Shown piece after piece: positions 37,557-47,356 of a stretch of 64,000 nucleotides of DNA; positions within the stretch are counted from its first letter, which is position 1, and each line of letters begins with the position of its first letter. The notes under the pieces were generated by a model, which was not told where the DNA came from, did not search any database, and worked only from the letters and a program-made list of their open reading frames with translations. Both the position numbers and the translations under genes were made by a program. The DNA lies in the sequence record NC_061451.1; one strand, written 5' to 3'.

Positions 37557-38948
37557 ATGATTTTCGATCTGCGCAAAAGTTTGGCCATGGTTCGTACCGT
37601 AATCGATGACCAAGTAATCTATAACTTCTACAACATGATTGGCCGCGATATGCAACTGCCCGGTACTACTCTCAAAGAGATTATCGACGTGCAGCGTAAG
37701 GGCGAACTGTGCACCAACATCATGTGGGGTACTCAGAAGATGGAGTATCGCACACTCAGATTCGATGAGCGTGGTGATCTTCTCTTAGACGTGACCGTTG
37801 GTCCGCATTGCTACGCACGGCTCTCTTACGATCAGATTGAACACTATGGGCGCAAAGAGTTTAAGGCTATTAACTGCATCGAGATCGATAGCTACCTCGC
37901 CCGTGACATTAGAGCGCATCTTCGCGCAGTGGGCCAAACTGAGCCTAAGCTCGAATGGTATGACAACGTGTCGGATGATGAACTGAAGGACGCTCTACTT
38001 TCAGTTGGTCACATGGGACCTCTGGCTTATGAAGGTAAATCTCGTAACCAGTTAGAGGACATGTTTGAGAAATTCCAGCGTAAGCACGATGCAGAATACA
38101 AGTACACGCACGCGCATATTGGCTTAGACCCAGACGAAAAGCTGCCTGCTGATTTGTATGAAGATGAGGCACGCTCAATCACTCGTCGTTCTTTTGCTCC
38201 TCAGAAGACTGTCGATATGATGATCACTGAGATCTCAAACGTGATGCGCATGTTCGATATCTGGGATTCAGCGCCGACATCCGAGACGCATGAGTGGTCA
38301 ATGCAGGAGGCGTACATGGCCTTCTATAACAGCTTAGTGATTGATAGCGATGGCAGCCGTCTGCGTGAACTGAAAGATAATCCACAGTTCGCTATCAACT
38401 TCATCTACGGCATGGCGGCAGACCTGAATTGGATTCACATCAACGAGATGACCGAAGACTATCGTGGCTCGGTTGTGAATCGCATCCTGCAGGAGATTGC
38501 TGTTGAGATCAGCACCTCTGATGATTACTGCACGACGGAGCACGGCATCGCTCTTATTAAGAAAGAAGAAGAGACAGAAGAAGAGGAGGAGGATGCTTCT
38601 GAGCCCGTCTCCATCGAAAAGAAAAAGAAGAAAGGCTTCCCGGATATTCGCTCAGTAGAAGAGGTGAACTATGACGCACTGCATATCATCGAGATTACAT
38701 ACAAACTGCCCAAGCAGCCTAAGCTGCGCACTAAGCTAGACGTACTGCAATCTCGTGAGTGCTATCTTGAGCACTTCTTCGGTTGTTTGAAAGAAAATGA
38801 TTGGCATAGATTAGACAATATCACTAATCTTGACCTGCGCCGTATTGTTGGTGCTGTTACTAAATCTAATGGTGGTAGATTCAGCCACAACGCCCTGTTA
38901 AACATAATTAAACGTGCAGCTAAGAAACTGGCTGCCACTGAGTTCTAA
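37557..38948 (+). CDS. Hypothetical protein with HEH-like module
   Basis: YDNVSDDELKDALLSVG...GKSRNQLEDMF; AGGAG RBS. Confidence 0.8.
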   Translation: MIFDLRKSLAMVRTVIDDQVIYNFYNMIGRDMQLPGTTLKEIIDVQRKGELCTNIMWGTQKMEYRTLRFDERGDLLLDVTVGPHCYARLSYDQIEHYGRKEFKAINCIEIDSYLARDIRAHLRAVGQTEPKLEWYDNVSDDELKDALLSVGHMGPLAYEGKSRNQLEDMFEKFQRKHDAEYKYTHAHIGLDPDEKLPADLYEDEARSITRRSFAPQKTVDMMITEISNVMRMFDIWDSAPTSETHEWSMQEAYMAFYNSLVIDSDGSRLRELKDNPQFAINFIYGMAADLNWIHINEMTEDYRGSVVNRILQEIAVEISTSDDYCTTEHGIALIKKEEETEEEEEDASEPVSIEKKKKKGFPDIRSVEEVNYDALHIIEITYKLPKQPKLRTKLDVLQSRECYLEHFFGCLKENDWHRLDNITNLDLRRIVGAVTKSNGGRFSHNALLNIIKRAAKKLAATEF

Positions 38949-38981
38949 CCGCTATTATACCTAACATTGTAGGGAACCAAA

Positions 38982-39404
38982 ATGAATTTCAATCCAAACA
39001 TCATTGTTGTTGATCGTGTTGTTGTCATGGCCACCAAAGAGACCACAGACAAGTGGGCTGTTGCTGCAAAGCAAGATCGTGACAACGCACAGTTCGGTAT
39101 GGCTTTATTGCACGCGGAGCTTCAACGCAAAATCAGTAGCACGCTGCGTAACGCCAACCCTGAATCGATGTTCCGTCCAGAGATATTCTGGGCGGACTAC
39201 GGCCCGCTCTCCGTTAGCGGCTTCATGTATATTGAGAGCAGTGCGGACGAAGAAGTGTTGAATCAGGCAGATGACCGCGATTACCTGTGCCATCTTGAAG
39301 CGATCAAAAACATCGCCGCATCTATGGGACACACCGTTGTTATTCAGCGTGTGAAAGCCCAGTTCCCTATTGTTGATACTCGCGTACCTGTTGCTTATGC
39401 CTAA
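38982..39404 (+). CDS. Hypothetical protein
   Basis: 140 aa ORF. Confidence 0.7.
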   Translation: MNFNPNIIVVDRVVVMATKETTDKWAVAAKQDRDNAQFGMALLHAELQRKISSTLRNANPESMFRPEIFWADYGPLSVSGFMYIESSADEEVLNQADDRDYLCHLEAIKNIAASMGHTVVIQRVKAQFPIVDTRVPVAYA

Positions 39405-39414
39405 GAGGTGACCT

Positions 39415-39711
39415 ATGTCTGAACAAACTCAATTGCCTGGCCAAGTCGTTATCGTTTGTGTTATGCAGGAATCTGATTCTTTCATGGGTCAGAAGTTTGA
39501 TGGCTATGTGTACTTGCTTAATCCAGAACACAAAGAGATGTTTGAACGTCACCTGCAGGCGCACAAAAGTCGTGAGAACTATTCACACATTATCAGCCAC
39601 GCTAATCACTATATAACTAGCACGGGCTTCGATGCGCTTCATGCTGCTATACGCAAAGATGCAAACAGACCCTGGCTGTGGTCAGATACTGATTACACGA
39701 TAACTGCATAA
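39415..39711 (+). CDS. Hypothetical protein
   Basis: GAGGTG RBS. Confidence 0.7.
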   Translation: MSEQTQLPGQVVIVCVMQESDSFMGQKFDGYVYLLNPEHKEMFERHLQAHKSRENYSHIISHANHYITSTGFDALHAAIRKDANRPWLWSDTDYTITA

Positions 39712-39758
39712 ATCTGGACAAAATAGAGGTAGCTAGAAAAAGCTGCCCCTGATATACT
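39706..39758 (+). promoter_or_regulatory. Bipartite phage promoter copy 8
   Basis: GCATAAATCTGGACAAAAT; TGaTATACT, -10 at 39753; 32-nt spacing. Confidence 0.8.
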
Positions 39759-39811
39759 AAAAGCGTAGCTTGTGCTGCGCTTTTTTACTTTCTGTCTGAG
39801 GAGACAACAAA

Positions 39812-40267
39812 ATGAAACCAATCAAAGCAACTGAGGCTGATAAAGCGCTTCAAAACGAATGTATGGACGCTGTTGCTCAGTGTATTATCCTGAACACACC
39901 CGACTGGCGCGATGTAGCGATTGCAGGTTTGCGCCTGTATCTGGTTGCAGCAAAGATGAGCGGCGCGGAAATCCCGTGTATGCAATTCGAACATAACGGC
40001 AAGCCGTGCCGTTTGTCGTTCAAGATGAACCTTGTTGATGAAGGCGAAGAGTTCACTCCGAACGAAGTGAACCAAGCGCACCAGCAAGAAATGATCGAAT
40101 GCATTCTTGCTAAGACCGAAGCGCTCGGCGGTTACAGTTACTTTGATTTGTTCGTTTGCTCAGGCCGCCTATTTATGATTGGCTTCGACGGTATGGCCGA
40201 CACCGTTCCTGCTCTGATGTTCCGCTCAGACAAAAAGAACTACCGCGTTAACTTGATCAACGGATAA
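39812..40267 (+). CDS. Hypothetical protein
   Basis: GAGGAG RBS. Confidence 0.75.
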   Translation: MKPIKATEADKALQNECMDAVAQCIILNTPDWRDVAIAGLRLYLVAAKMSGAEIPCMQFEHNGKPCRLSFKMNLVDEGEEFTPNEVNQAHQQEMIECILAKTEALGGYSYFDLFVCSGRLFMIGFDGMADTVPALMFRSDKKNYRVNLING

Positions 40268-40270
40268 GCT

Positions 40271-40453
40271 GTGAAGACCACCAACGACCTGATTAAAGAA
40301 TTAAAGCAACATCGTGTTATCATCATTGAAGAACACGACAAGCATATTCTGCCTGACCTGACATTCGCCCTGAGTTGCTTATGCATCGATCATACTAAGC
40401 GTGTGGTCGAAACAAAGCGTAGTGCTCAGGCAACCAAAATCAAACTCGCATGA
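40271..40453 (+). CDS. Small hypothetical protein
   Basis: Fills gap in array. Confidence 0.5.
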   Translation: MKTTNDLIKELKQHRVIIIEEHDKHILPDLTFALSCLCIDHTKRVVETKRSAQATKIKLA

Positions 40454-40460
40454 GGTTACT

Positions 40461-40898
40461 ATGAAATTTGATCAAGCACCAACGAAAGCACAACTCGTGC
40501 TGCTGGCCCTCGCTCTCGAATCCGTTCTCCTCTCTATGGAGAAAACGTTTATCAACCGTAATCTGCTGGAGCAGTTACTTGCGAAGTACGGCATCTCGTT
40601 TAACGATCTGAAAGAGTTGCGAGAGTACGGCGAAAAGCATTCCGCCATCGGTACCAGCGTTGCTCAAGTTATGGAGATAGCTGCCTTGCATGTGGCTCAT
40701 CTGAAAACAGAACCTGTGCCTGAATACAGTCAAGACGACCTTGATCTAATTCGCGTAGAATACGAGCCAATCGATACGTCTGTCCTACGCCAGGGCGCTG
40801 TGAATGATGGGGTTATCACAGTGCAGCAAGCAGCCACTTTTGAGCGCGATCAGATACTGACTGCTATTCTTGAGTACCGACTGCGCTCAGAAGCATAA
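40461..40898 (+). CDS. Hypothetical protein
   Basis: ATG 40461 after GAGG. Confidence 0.7.
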   Translation: MKFDQAPTKAQLVLLALALESVLLSMEKTFINRNLLEQLLAKYGISFNDLKELREYGEKHSAIGTSVAQVMEIAALHVAHLKTEPVPEYSQDDLDLIRVEYEPIDTSVLRQGAVNDGVITVQQAATFERDQILTAILEYRLRSEA

Positions 40899-40945
40899 AT
40901 CTGGACAAAATCGTGGTTGTAGCAAAAACCGTCCTATGTTATAAT
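40893..40945 (+). promoter_or_regulatory. Bipartite phage promoter copy 9
   Basis: GCATAAATCTGGACAAAAT; TGtTATAAT, -10 at 40940; 32-nt spacing. Confidence 0.85.
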
Positions 40946-41002
40946 AGAGATGTAGCGTAGACGTGAGGTATGCGCTATAAATTGAATGACGCGTTTTTGC
41001 TT

Positions 41003-41036
41003 GACTGTAAGGTAGCGGTATCTTACAGTCCTTTTT
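41003..41036 (+). terminator. Conserved hairpin plus U-tract (copy A)
   Basis: GACTGTAAG/CTTACAGTC stem then CTTTTT; homologous to 42057-42091. Confidence 0.7.
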
Positions 41037-41154
41037 CAAGTGGCTTCGAAGTTTGAGGCTTCTTGCGAAAGGTCAAATGTACCTTTGAGCGTTTTCGGAT
41101 TTACGCGGTTTTCACCGACTGCGCTCTCACTTTAAACCGCAAAGGAAATACATC

Positions 41155-41976
41155 ATGCCAGAAGCACGCAAACCTCGCCCAGCTGATCGTTTCGCTAAAG
41201 CCCGTGCAGAGAAAAACTCACCGGAGCGTCAAGATGCGGCAGCCCAGCGCACGTATAAAGACACTCCGCCTAAATCTGTTCAGGTGAAACTTGATGCTGT
41301 GGCAGCTTCTAAGAAGAAAGTTTCTCGCGGCCCCAAGGCCTCTCGTCCACGTCAGTCGCCTGCTGTTGACGCAGCACCAAAGCCTCGCATTCGTGATGAG
41401 GAACGTGTGTACAATCTCGTACACATGATTCTCTCTGCGTGGAAAGCCGATGCAGAAAACGCGGCAGCAAGTGTGGGAATCATTAAAGTGTCTCGTCGTA
41501 AGATTGAGGGTGCGTTACGCGATCTCAAGAATACGCGCTTCACTAAAATCCCAGGCTTAATCAATGACGTGCTTGTCTACAATGAACTGGTAGCTGAGTT
41601 CGGACAGTGGGTGTACGTCGAGCACGACAGTCCTGATTGGATTTTTGTGCGCCTGCCTGAAAACAGCACGCCTGTGATTCGCGCTGACATTAGCTATGCC
41701 AAGACGGGTGAAACTTCCACGTCTGTTTCGACTTCTAGTGAAGTTCTGCTGAAAGATCTTAGCGAAGACGAAGAAGATGAGATCCCCGAGAATGTCGAGT
41801 ACGACGATGCGGACGAGACTGACGAAGACGAAGAGGAGCCGTATGACTACAGCGCTTGGTCTCTGCGTGACCTGCAGGAGTATGCGAAGCGCTATGACTT
41901 CTTGCAGCCCGACACTGAGGGGTTTGATGATCGCGAGAAGTTGATAGCAGCCATCGAGCTGGGGGAACAGCACTAA
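41155..41976 (+). CDS. Basic N-terminus, acidic linker, C-terminal HEH-like module
   Basis: YSAWSLRDLQEYAKRYDFL...DREKLIAAIE. Confidence 0.8.
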   Translation: MPEARKPRPADRFAKARAEKNSPERQDAAAQRTYKDTPPKSVQVKLDAVAASKKKVSRGPKASRPRQSPAVDAAPKPRIRDEERVYNLVHMILSAWKADAENAAASVGIIKVSRRKIEGALRDLKNTRFTKIPGLINDVLVYNELVAEFGQWVYVEHDSPDWIFVRLPENSTPVIRADISYAKTGETSTSVSTSSEVLLKDLSEDEEDEIPENVEYDDADETDEDEEEPYDYSAWSLRDLQEYAKRYDFLQPDTEGFDDREKLIAAIELGEQH

Positions 41977-42030
41977 GCACAAATATGGACAAAATAGTGG
42001 TAGCATCTAAAGCATGACCTGTGCTACACT
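41977..42030 (+). promoter_or_regulatory. Bipartite phage promoter copy 10
   Basis: GCACAAATATGGACAAAAT; TGcTACACT, -10 at 42025; 33-nt spacing. Confidence 0.8.
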
Positions 42031-42036
42031 ATAGAT

Positions 42037-42091
42037 CGAATGCCTTGTAGTTTTTTGACTGTGAGTTACTTTCCGGCTCACAGTCCTTTTT
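42037..42091 (+). ncRNA. Candidate short RNA from promoter 10 ending at hairpin copy B
   Basis: No ORF between promoters 10 and 11; GACTGTGAG/CTCACAGTC stem plus U-tract. Confidence 0.4.
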
Positions 42092-42149
42092 AAAGTGCTC
42101 TCCCAAGAACGCTTTAAAAAGCACAGACTGCCTGCGCTTTTGATAGACA

Positions 42150-42202
42150 GCATAAATCTGGACAAAATCATGGTTGTATCAGAATGCTGCCTGTCATACA
42201 CT
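42150..42202 (+). promoter_or_regulatory. Bipartite phage promoter copy 11
   Basis: GCATAAATCTGGACAAAAT; TACACT at 42197; 32-nt spacing. Confidence 0.8.
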
Positions 42203-42263
42203 TTAATGAGTCGAGCAATAGTGCTCGCAACAAACTAAATCCCAATACTGAGGAGTATTACAC

Positions 42264-43853
42264 ATGGCACGTTTCGAAACTAACACTAACCTGGTTGGCA
42301 AAACTATCGTCCTGCTGAACGGCACCAAAGCGAAGATTGAAGACGCTATCGTTTCTGGCTACAAAGTGAAAGGCCAGACCAAGCGCATCGCAACCCGTGA
42401 CGTTATCAAAGAGGGTGCGCACTTTAAAGAAATCGAGCGCACGCCGCTGAGCCAGCTGGAAGATACTGGTGAAGGTTATGTGAAGTTGAAAGAAGCCAAA
42501 GCTGCTTCTAAGAAAGCGCCTGCGAAAGACGCTAAAGCTACTGGCAAAAAAGCTGCGGCAAAAGACAAGCCTGCTAAGACCAGCAAAAAAGCTGCCGCTA
42601 AAGATAAGCCAGCGAAAGAGCAAGAGCCGAAAGTTCGCCGTAAGTCTGCGAAAGAGCAGGGCAACGATTATCAGGAACTCGCGCAGGCTATCATCAAAGG
42701 CGGTCGCCGTGCAGCGCCAGTTGAAATTGACAGCGTAGACGAAGCGCTGACCGATGCAATCGCTAAGCGTCTGACCGCTGTTGTCGAATCGTCTGAGATT
42801 GCGAAACTCGCCGCTGATAACAAAACGCCGATCGCTAACGCACTGACCGTAACTTACGGTGCTGAGTTTGCGACTGATGCAAACGTTGTGCAGATTACGC
42901 TGAACCTGCAATACGCTAAGCCGACTGCTGTTGAGTCTGCCGCTCCTACTCTGGAGAATGCCGAAGCAATCGCAATGCGTGCTGCTAAAATGGCCGCGCC
43001 GAAAGTGAGCGCTAAACTCAAGAAGGCAGTGCGTGAAGCATTCGATATTGAAACAGACCTTGAGCTGGGTACTGTGATTATGTCAGGCGATGATCAATTC
43101 GCTTACTACGGCGAAAGCGCGAAGCACGCTGGCAAAGCGCTGCTGTATGTTGTCGAAACTGACAAGTTCAAATCTGTCTTGGCCTCTACTCTGACCGACT
43201 ACGAACTGCCTGCTGATGAAGAAGCTGAGGCAGAAGAAGAGGAGGAAGAAGAAGAGGAGGAAGAAGAACCCGCTGATGACTTCGACGACGAAGAGGAAGA
43301 AGATGCGGACGATGCAGATGATGCCGACGATGCTGATGGCGACGACGACGAATTCCAGTACGTTGCTGTAGGCGATGAACACTTTGCTCTGGTCAACAAA
43401 AAGATCACAGCCAAGTATCACGATGCACTGGCTGAGCAATTCGGCGTTAGCACCGAAGCGCTGGTCCCAGGCTTAGTGTTGACCAACGGCGAGATCACTT
43501 TCGCTTATCTGGGCAACGATAGCAAAGGCGGCCTGCTCGTTATCGACCTCGACGACGATGCGGACGAAGACGACAACGTTCTGGTCTACCCGAAAGCCGA
43601 CGTTAAATCTCTGACCGACTTCTCTCCTGTGCTGGGTGATGCAGATGAAGAAGACGCAGACGATGCAGAAGAGACCGACGAAGAAGACGAAGATCAGGAC
43701 GACGACTTCGAATTTGACGATGCGCCGACTGCCGACCTCGAAGATCTGTCCGACGATGAGCTGCGTGACCGCGCTGTTGAGATGGGCCTGACCACTGTAC
43801 GCAAAGCTGACAAAATGAACGCCAAGCAACTGCGTGCGCTGCTGTCTGAATAA
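42264..43853 (+). CDS. Multi-domain protein: beta N-domain, Lys/Ala tract, poly-acidic tracts, C-terminal HEH-like module
   Basis: KKAPAKDAK tract; E/D runs; LEDLSDDELRDRAVEMGL...KMNAKQLRALL. Confidence 0.85.
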   Translation: MARFETNTNLVGKTIVLLNGTKAKIEDAIVSGYKVKGQTKRIATRDVIKEGAHFKEIERTPLSQLEDTGEGYVKLKEAKAASKKAPAKDAKATGKKAAAKDKPAKTSKKAAAKDKPAKEQEPKVRRKSAKEQGNDYQELAQAIIKGGRRAAPVEIDSVDEALTDAIAKRLTAVVESSEIAKLAADNKTPIANALTVTYGAEFATDANVVQITLNLQYAKPTAVESAAPTLENAEAIAMRAAKMAAPKVSAKLKKAVREAFDIETDLELGTVIMSGDDQFAYYGESAKHAGKALLYVVETDKFKSVLASTLTDYELPADEEAEAEEEEEEEEEEEEPADDFDDEEEEDADDADDADDADGDDDEFQYVAVGDEHFALVNKKITAKYHDALAEQFGVSTEALVPGLVLTNGEITFAYLGNDSKGGLLVIDLDDDADEDDNVLVYPKADVKSLTDFSPVLGDADEEDADDAEETDEEDEDQDDDFEFDDAPTADLEDLSDDELRDRAVEMGLTTVRKADKMNAKQLRALLSE

Positions 43854-43876
43854 GTAACCTGTAGTTCTGAATACAT

Positions 43877-43894
43877 GCGGCTCGAAAGGGCCGC
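43877..43894 (+). other. GC hairpin related to 1490/50376 hairpins
   Basis: GCGGCTC-GAAA-GGGCCGC preceded by ACAT, as at 50372. Confidence 0.55.
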
Positions 43895-43928
43895 ACACTG
43901 ACAACAAAGTTGATTGAGGAATCACATT

Positions 43929-45215
43929 ATGTCAAACGCAAACAAAATTCTGCTTAACGCTCGTGTACGCCGCTTAGACGGTACTGTTACTTACATCAAC
44001 AAAGTGAATGCTAACGGTTATAGCACCGATGCGAAAGGCCCGCAGATTCCTGTCAAGCGCATTGTGTTTGCAGGCAAGATGCTGAAAGAGATTGAACAGC
44101 CCTTTGAGAAAGGCGAGCACGTCATTGTGCAGGGCGTTGCAGTGAAGCTGAACAAGCGCCAGCAACGTGAGCTTGCTGATGGCACTCTCGATGAGAAAGC
44201 GCTGCGTCCTGAGTTCGGTAAGCTGGCAGTGATTGACCCTGATACAGGCAAAGCAACTGACGGCAAGAAAGTGAAGCCAACCAAGTCTGATGCTAAAGCC
44301 CCGAAAGCTGGCGCGAAAGCAAGTCTGAAAGCAACGCGTGAGCACAACAAAGAGCCGAAGCGCAGTCGCAAACAGCACAAAGCTGAAACGAACGATCTCA
44401 AAGACAGTCTGGACATTATCGACGAACGCAAATCACCGAAAGCGTCTCTGATTGAACGTCTGGATGCAGCAATCGCCGAAGCGAAAACGAAAGCACGCCG
44501 TAAGCTGTTAGCCGAAACGTTCGACATGGACTGGGCTGATATTAAAAAGCATGGCGGTGCAGGTATCGTTAAGCAGCACGGCCGCAAGAACGCCCAGAAG
44601 TTTATTGATCGTCAGACAGTGCAGGTCGATAGCACAACGTTCATCAAACAAATGCCAGCGCCGCTCAAGCGTCTTATTCAGGACACTGAGTTGCGTCTCA
44701 ATCAAAAGCAGATTGAGCAAGTGCTTGGTGCGCTGGGGCTTGATACGCAATTCTACGCAGTCGCCGTGCAGGAGCTGCTGGGCAAACTCAAACTGTCCAT
44801 AGGCGGTCGCGTGATCGAAGGCGAAGTTGTTCGAAAGGAGAACACGCCGAAGCCAAAAAGGTTCGTACACGCTGAGGCGCTATATGCAGACAAGAAAGAA
44901 GCGAAACGCCGCGTAAGCAAAATGAAATATGCGCTGCTGATTCCGCCTACGAAAGGTCTGCCTGCGTTACGCATCCATCAGGCAGAGGCAAAGCAGTCAC
45001 TCGCCGTTCTGCTGCACCTGAAGCCTGGGAACATCAAGCGTGGTCTGCTTGCGTATGACAACAAAGGCCGTGAGTATATGTATGTCGCTTGCGATATGAC
45101 GGGCCCTGTGTTCATCGATAAAGATAGCAACGAACTGGCGTTCACGTATGCCAATCTGATCGATAACTTCAAACTCAAAGCGCAGCCTGTGTCTGAACTG
45201 GACGTGGCCGTATGA
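43929..45215 (+). CDS. Basic protein sharing an N-terminal domain with 42264..43853
   Basis: L.GT...I.....GY.....I....V...G...KEIE in both. Confidence 0.8.
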   Translation: MSNANKILLNARVRRLDGTVTYINKVNANGYSTDAKGPQIPVKRIVFAGKMLKEIEQPFEKGEHVIVQGVAVKLNKRQQRELADGTLDEKALRPEFGKLAVIDPDTGKATDGKKVKPTKSDAKAPKAGAKASLKATREHNKEPKRSRKQHKAETNDLKDSLDIIDERKSPKASLIERLDAAIAEAKTKARRKLLAETFDMDWADIKKHGGAGIVKQHGRKNAQKFIDRQTVQVDSTTFIKQMPAPLKRLIQDTELRLNQKQIEQVLGALGLDTQFYAVAVQELLGKLKLSIGGRVIEGEVVRKENTPKPKRFVHAEALYADKKEAKRRVSKMKYALLIPPTKGLPALRIHQAEAKQSLAVLLHLKPGNIKRGLLAYDNKGREYMYVACDMTGPVFIDKDSNELAFTYANLIDNFKLKAQPVSELDVAV

Positions 45216-45598
45216 GAACTGAAATCATCGTAGCGGGAGTTCTCTCTCAACTTTACACGCGGCTGATTACGGCCGCTATAATGAAAGCGCATGTGTATTA
45301 CTCAGACCTTGCGCCGGTGGTATTCGGTGTGCAGCTTACCAAAGTCGGTAAGTCGCAGTATCAAGCGCTGTGGGATTTAGTAGCGCTGACGATGCAGATG
45401 GACCACGCACACGGCCGACCGCCTGTTGCTGCTCTGTATGTGTCTCGCGCTAATGCATCAAAACGACCGCCGCAAGCATTCTTCGCTGAATACGAGCGGC
45501 TAACTGGTAAGCGACTCAATGACGACGACTGGGAAGAGTTAGTCGATGAAGTATGGGCAGCTTACTCTCCACCAGAAATCTGTCAGGAGCCGACATGA
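45212..45598 (+). CDS. Hypothetical protein
   Basis: YYSDLA...DHAHGRPPVAALYVS...FF...W motif; family not named. Confidence 0.65.
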   Translation: MRTEIIVAGVLSQLYTRLITAAIMKAHVYYSDLAPVVFGVQLTKVGKSQYQALWDLVALTMQMDHAHGRPPVAALYVSRANASKRPPQAFFAEYERLTGKRLNDDDWEELVDEVWAAYSPPEICQEPT

Positions 45599-46053
45599 AG
45601 AAGTTGAAAGCCGTAAAGGTTAAAATTAGCCGCGGTGGTTATAAGCCTTCTTCTAAGGAAGAGGCAAAGAAGCTGGTGGCAGAGTTTCTGCTCGGCACCA
45701 TCGGCATTAGCCCAACGCAAGTCAGTCAACAACTGCTGTTGAATATCACGAACTACAACTATTTGACCTCTGTTGCGTATTCTGGACGTTCTACAGATTA
45801 CAGCCAGGCGGCAGCGCACAAAACTGTAAAAGAACTAAATGAATTTTGTCGAAAGCATAAAATTCAACTGGGCTTGCTAATTATGCCCCACACGTCGGCG
45901 TCTGAATATGATGGTGACGTAATTGTTGCAATCCCGTGGGAGCATGTTAAGAACAATCCGCAAATCCAGTCTGCCGTTAATTCTCTGTTTGAATCGGTTG
46001 AAGCAGACGGCTACCCACAGTATGTGACTGATGCTAAAACAGTAGAGGGATAA
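45595..46053 (+). CDS. Hypothetical protein
   Basis: ATG 45595 after AGGAG. Confidence 0.7.
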   Translation: MKKLKAVKVKISRGGYKPSSKEEAKKLVAEFLLGTIGISPTQVSQQLLLNITNYNYLTSVAYSGRSTDYSQAAAHKTVKELNEFCRKHKIQLGLLIMPHTSASEYDGDVIVAIPWEHVKNNPQIQSAVNSLFESVEADGYPQYVTDAKTVEG

Positions 46054-46054
46054 G

Positions 46055-47335
46055 ATGTTCTACGACTATGTATTCAACTTCGACGAGCGCCAGACGCTAC
46101 TGTCGTTAGCGGAATCCAAGTATCTTCTTAAACGGGACATTCCCGAGTATCTTAAAAAGTCCAAACACGCAATTGAGATTCGTCACACTGTGACCAATCG
46201 TGGACGCGAGCGCCGCTCAGGAACAATAACAACTCCTATCGTGCCGCGTATTCACACCCGTGATGTTATGCGCTTGCTTGATGATATTCGTGACAACGCG
46301 ACTTACAGCTCCTGCCAAAGTCTCGCTGAACTGTTTGAATTGGGCTTGGGCGTTCCGCGCCAGAAAGATATTGCTACTTACCTTCATGCTTATTCGCGTG
46401 AGCACGATAAGAAAGGTATCGGTATCAAGTATATCCGCAAGCTGGTGGTTGATTATCATCGTAAGCACCGTCGTAGTATGGCGGGCAGTCGCTGGTTAAT
46501 GCCTGCTGCTTACACGGCCAATCTGCTGAACATGCAGAACTTCATTCATCTGAAAGAAGACGGCTACAAGGGTAAAGTCAAAACGCCAGACGGCATCCCT
46601 GTAGTCTTGATTTACCAGAGCACTGAATACGCGACTGGCGAGTTTACTCTGTGTGACGCATTCATGATTAGTCCGATGGGATATCCAATGCCGTTCGCAC
46701 AGATTGCGCTGCGTCCCGAGTTCAAGGCTGTGCCTAAAACGTTTTGCTCCCAAGCTCTGCGTGGCAAAGGCATGTACTCAATGGTTCTCGGTATGATTTA
46801 CTGGGAGAAAGGTGATTCAGTCGAATTGACACGCGAAGTCATGGAGATTGATGACAACCAGTATCTCACGTTGCTCGATGATGAACGTTATGCTGACCGC
46901 CGCTCTGATGAATATTCAGCGATGCTGGTCAAGCGTGAAGAGTTCCGTCGCAATCGTGACAAGTGGCAGTCAGTGATTGATAAGTACGGCCAGACAGTTC
47001 GAACCCTCAAGCCTGAGATTAGCGCTCGTCTTGATCGTGCTCGTCAGTTCTTCTACGACCGCTCCGAGTTCCTGAAAGAGTTCGAGTCTCAGGAGAAGCG
47101 TGAGAACACCCGCGCATCAAAACGTTTTGCTGTAGCGTCTGCGATGTTTGCTGCGATTGACTGTGGGACAATTGCTGATCGTCAGACCTACCTTGCAGTG
47201 AGCACAAAGATTGATAAAGTGCATGACATTCTCGGTAAGTGGGGATTCAACACTGTAAAATCTGTTAATGCTAGTTTGAAGAAGTCTCTTTTAACCTATG
47301 ACGAATCAGGCGTATCTCGCGTCTGGTCACTATAA
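46055..47335 (+). CDS. Hypothetical protein with one Sel1-like repeat
   Basis: CQSLAELFELGLGVPRQKDIATYLH. Confidence 0.7.
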   Translation: MFYDYVFNFDERQTLLSLAESKYLLKRDIPEYLKKSKHAIEIRHTVTNRGRERRSGTITTPIVPRIHTRDVMRLLDDIRDNATYSSCQSLAELFELGLGVPRQKDIATYLHAYSREHDKKGIGIKYIRKLVVDYHRKHRRSMAGSRWLMPAAYTANLLNMQNFIHLKEDGYKGKVKTPDGIPVVLIYQSTEYATGEFTLCDAFMISPMGYPMPFAQIALRPEFKAVPKTFCSQALRGKGMYSMVLGMIYWEKGDSVELTREVMEIDDNQYLTLLDDERYADRRSDEYSAMLVKREEFRRNRDKWQSVIDKYGQTVRTLKPEISARLDRARQFFYDRSEFLKEFESQEKRENTRASKRFAVASAMFAAIDCGTIADRQTYLAVSTKIDKVHDILGKWGFNTVKSVNASLKKSLLTYDESGVSRVWSL

Positions 47336-47356
47336 CCCTTATCTGAGGAGATAAAC

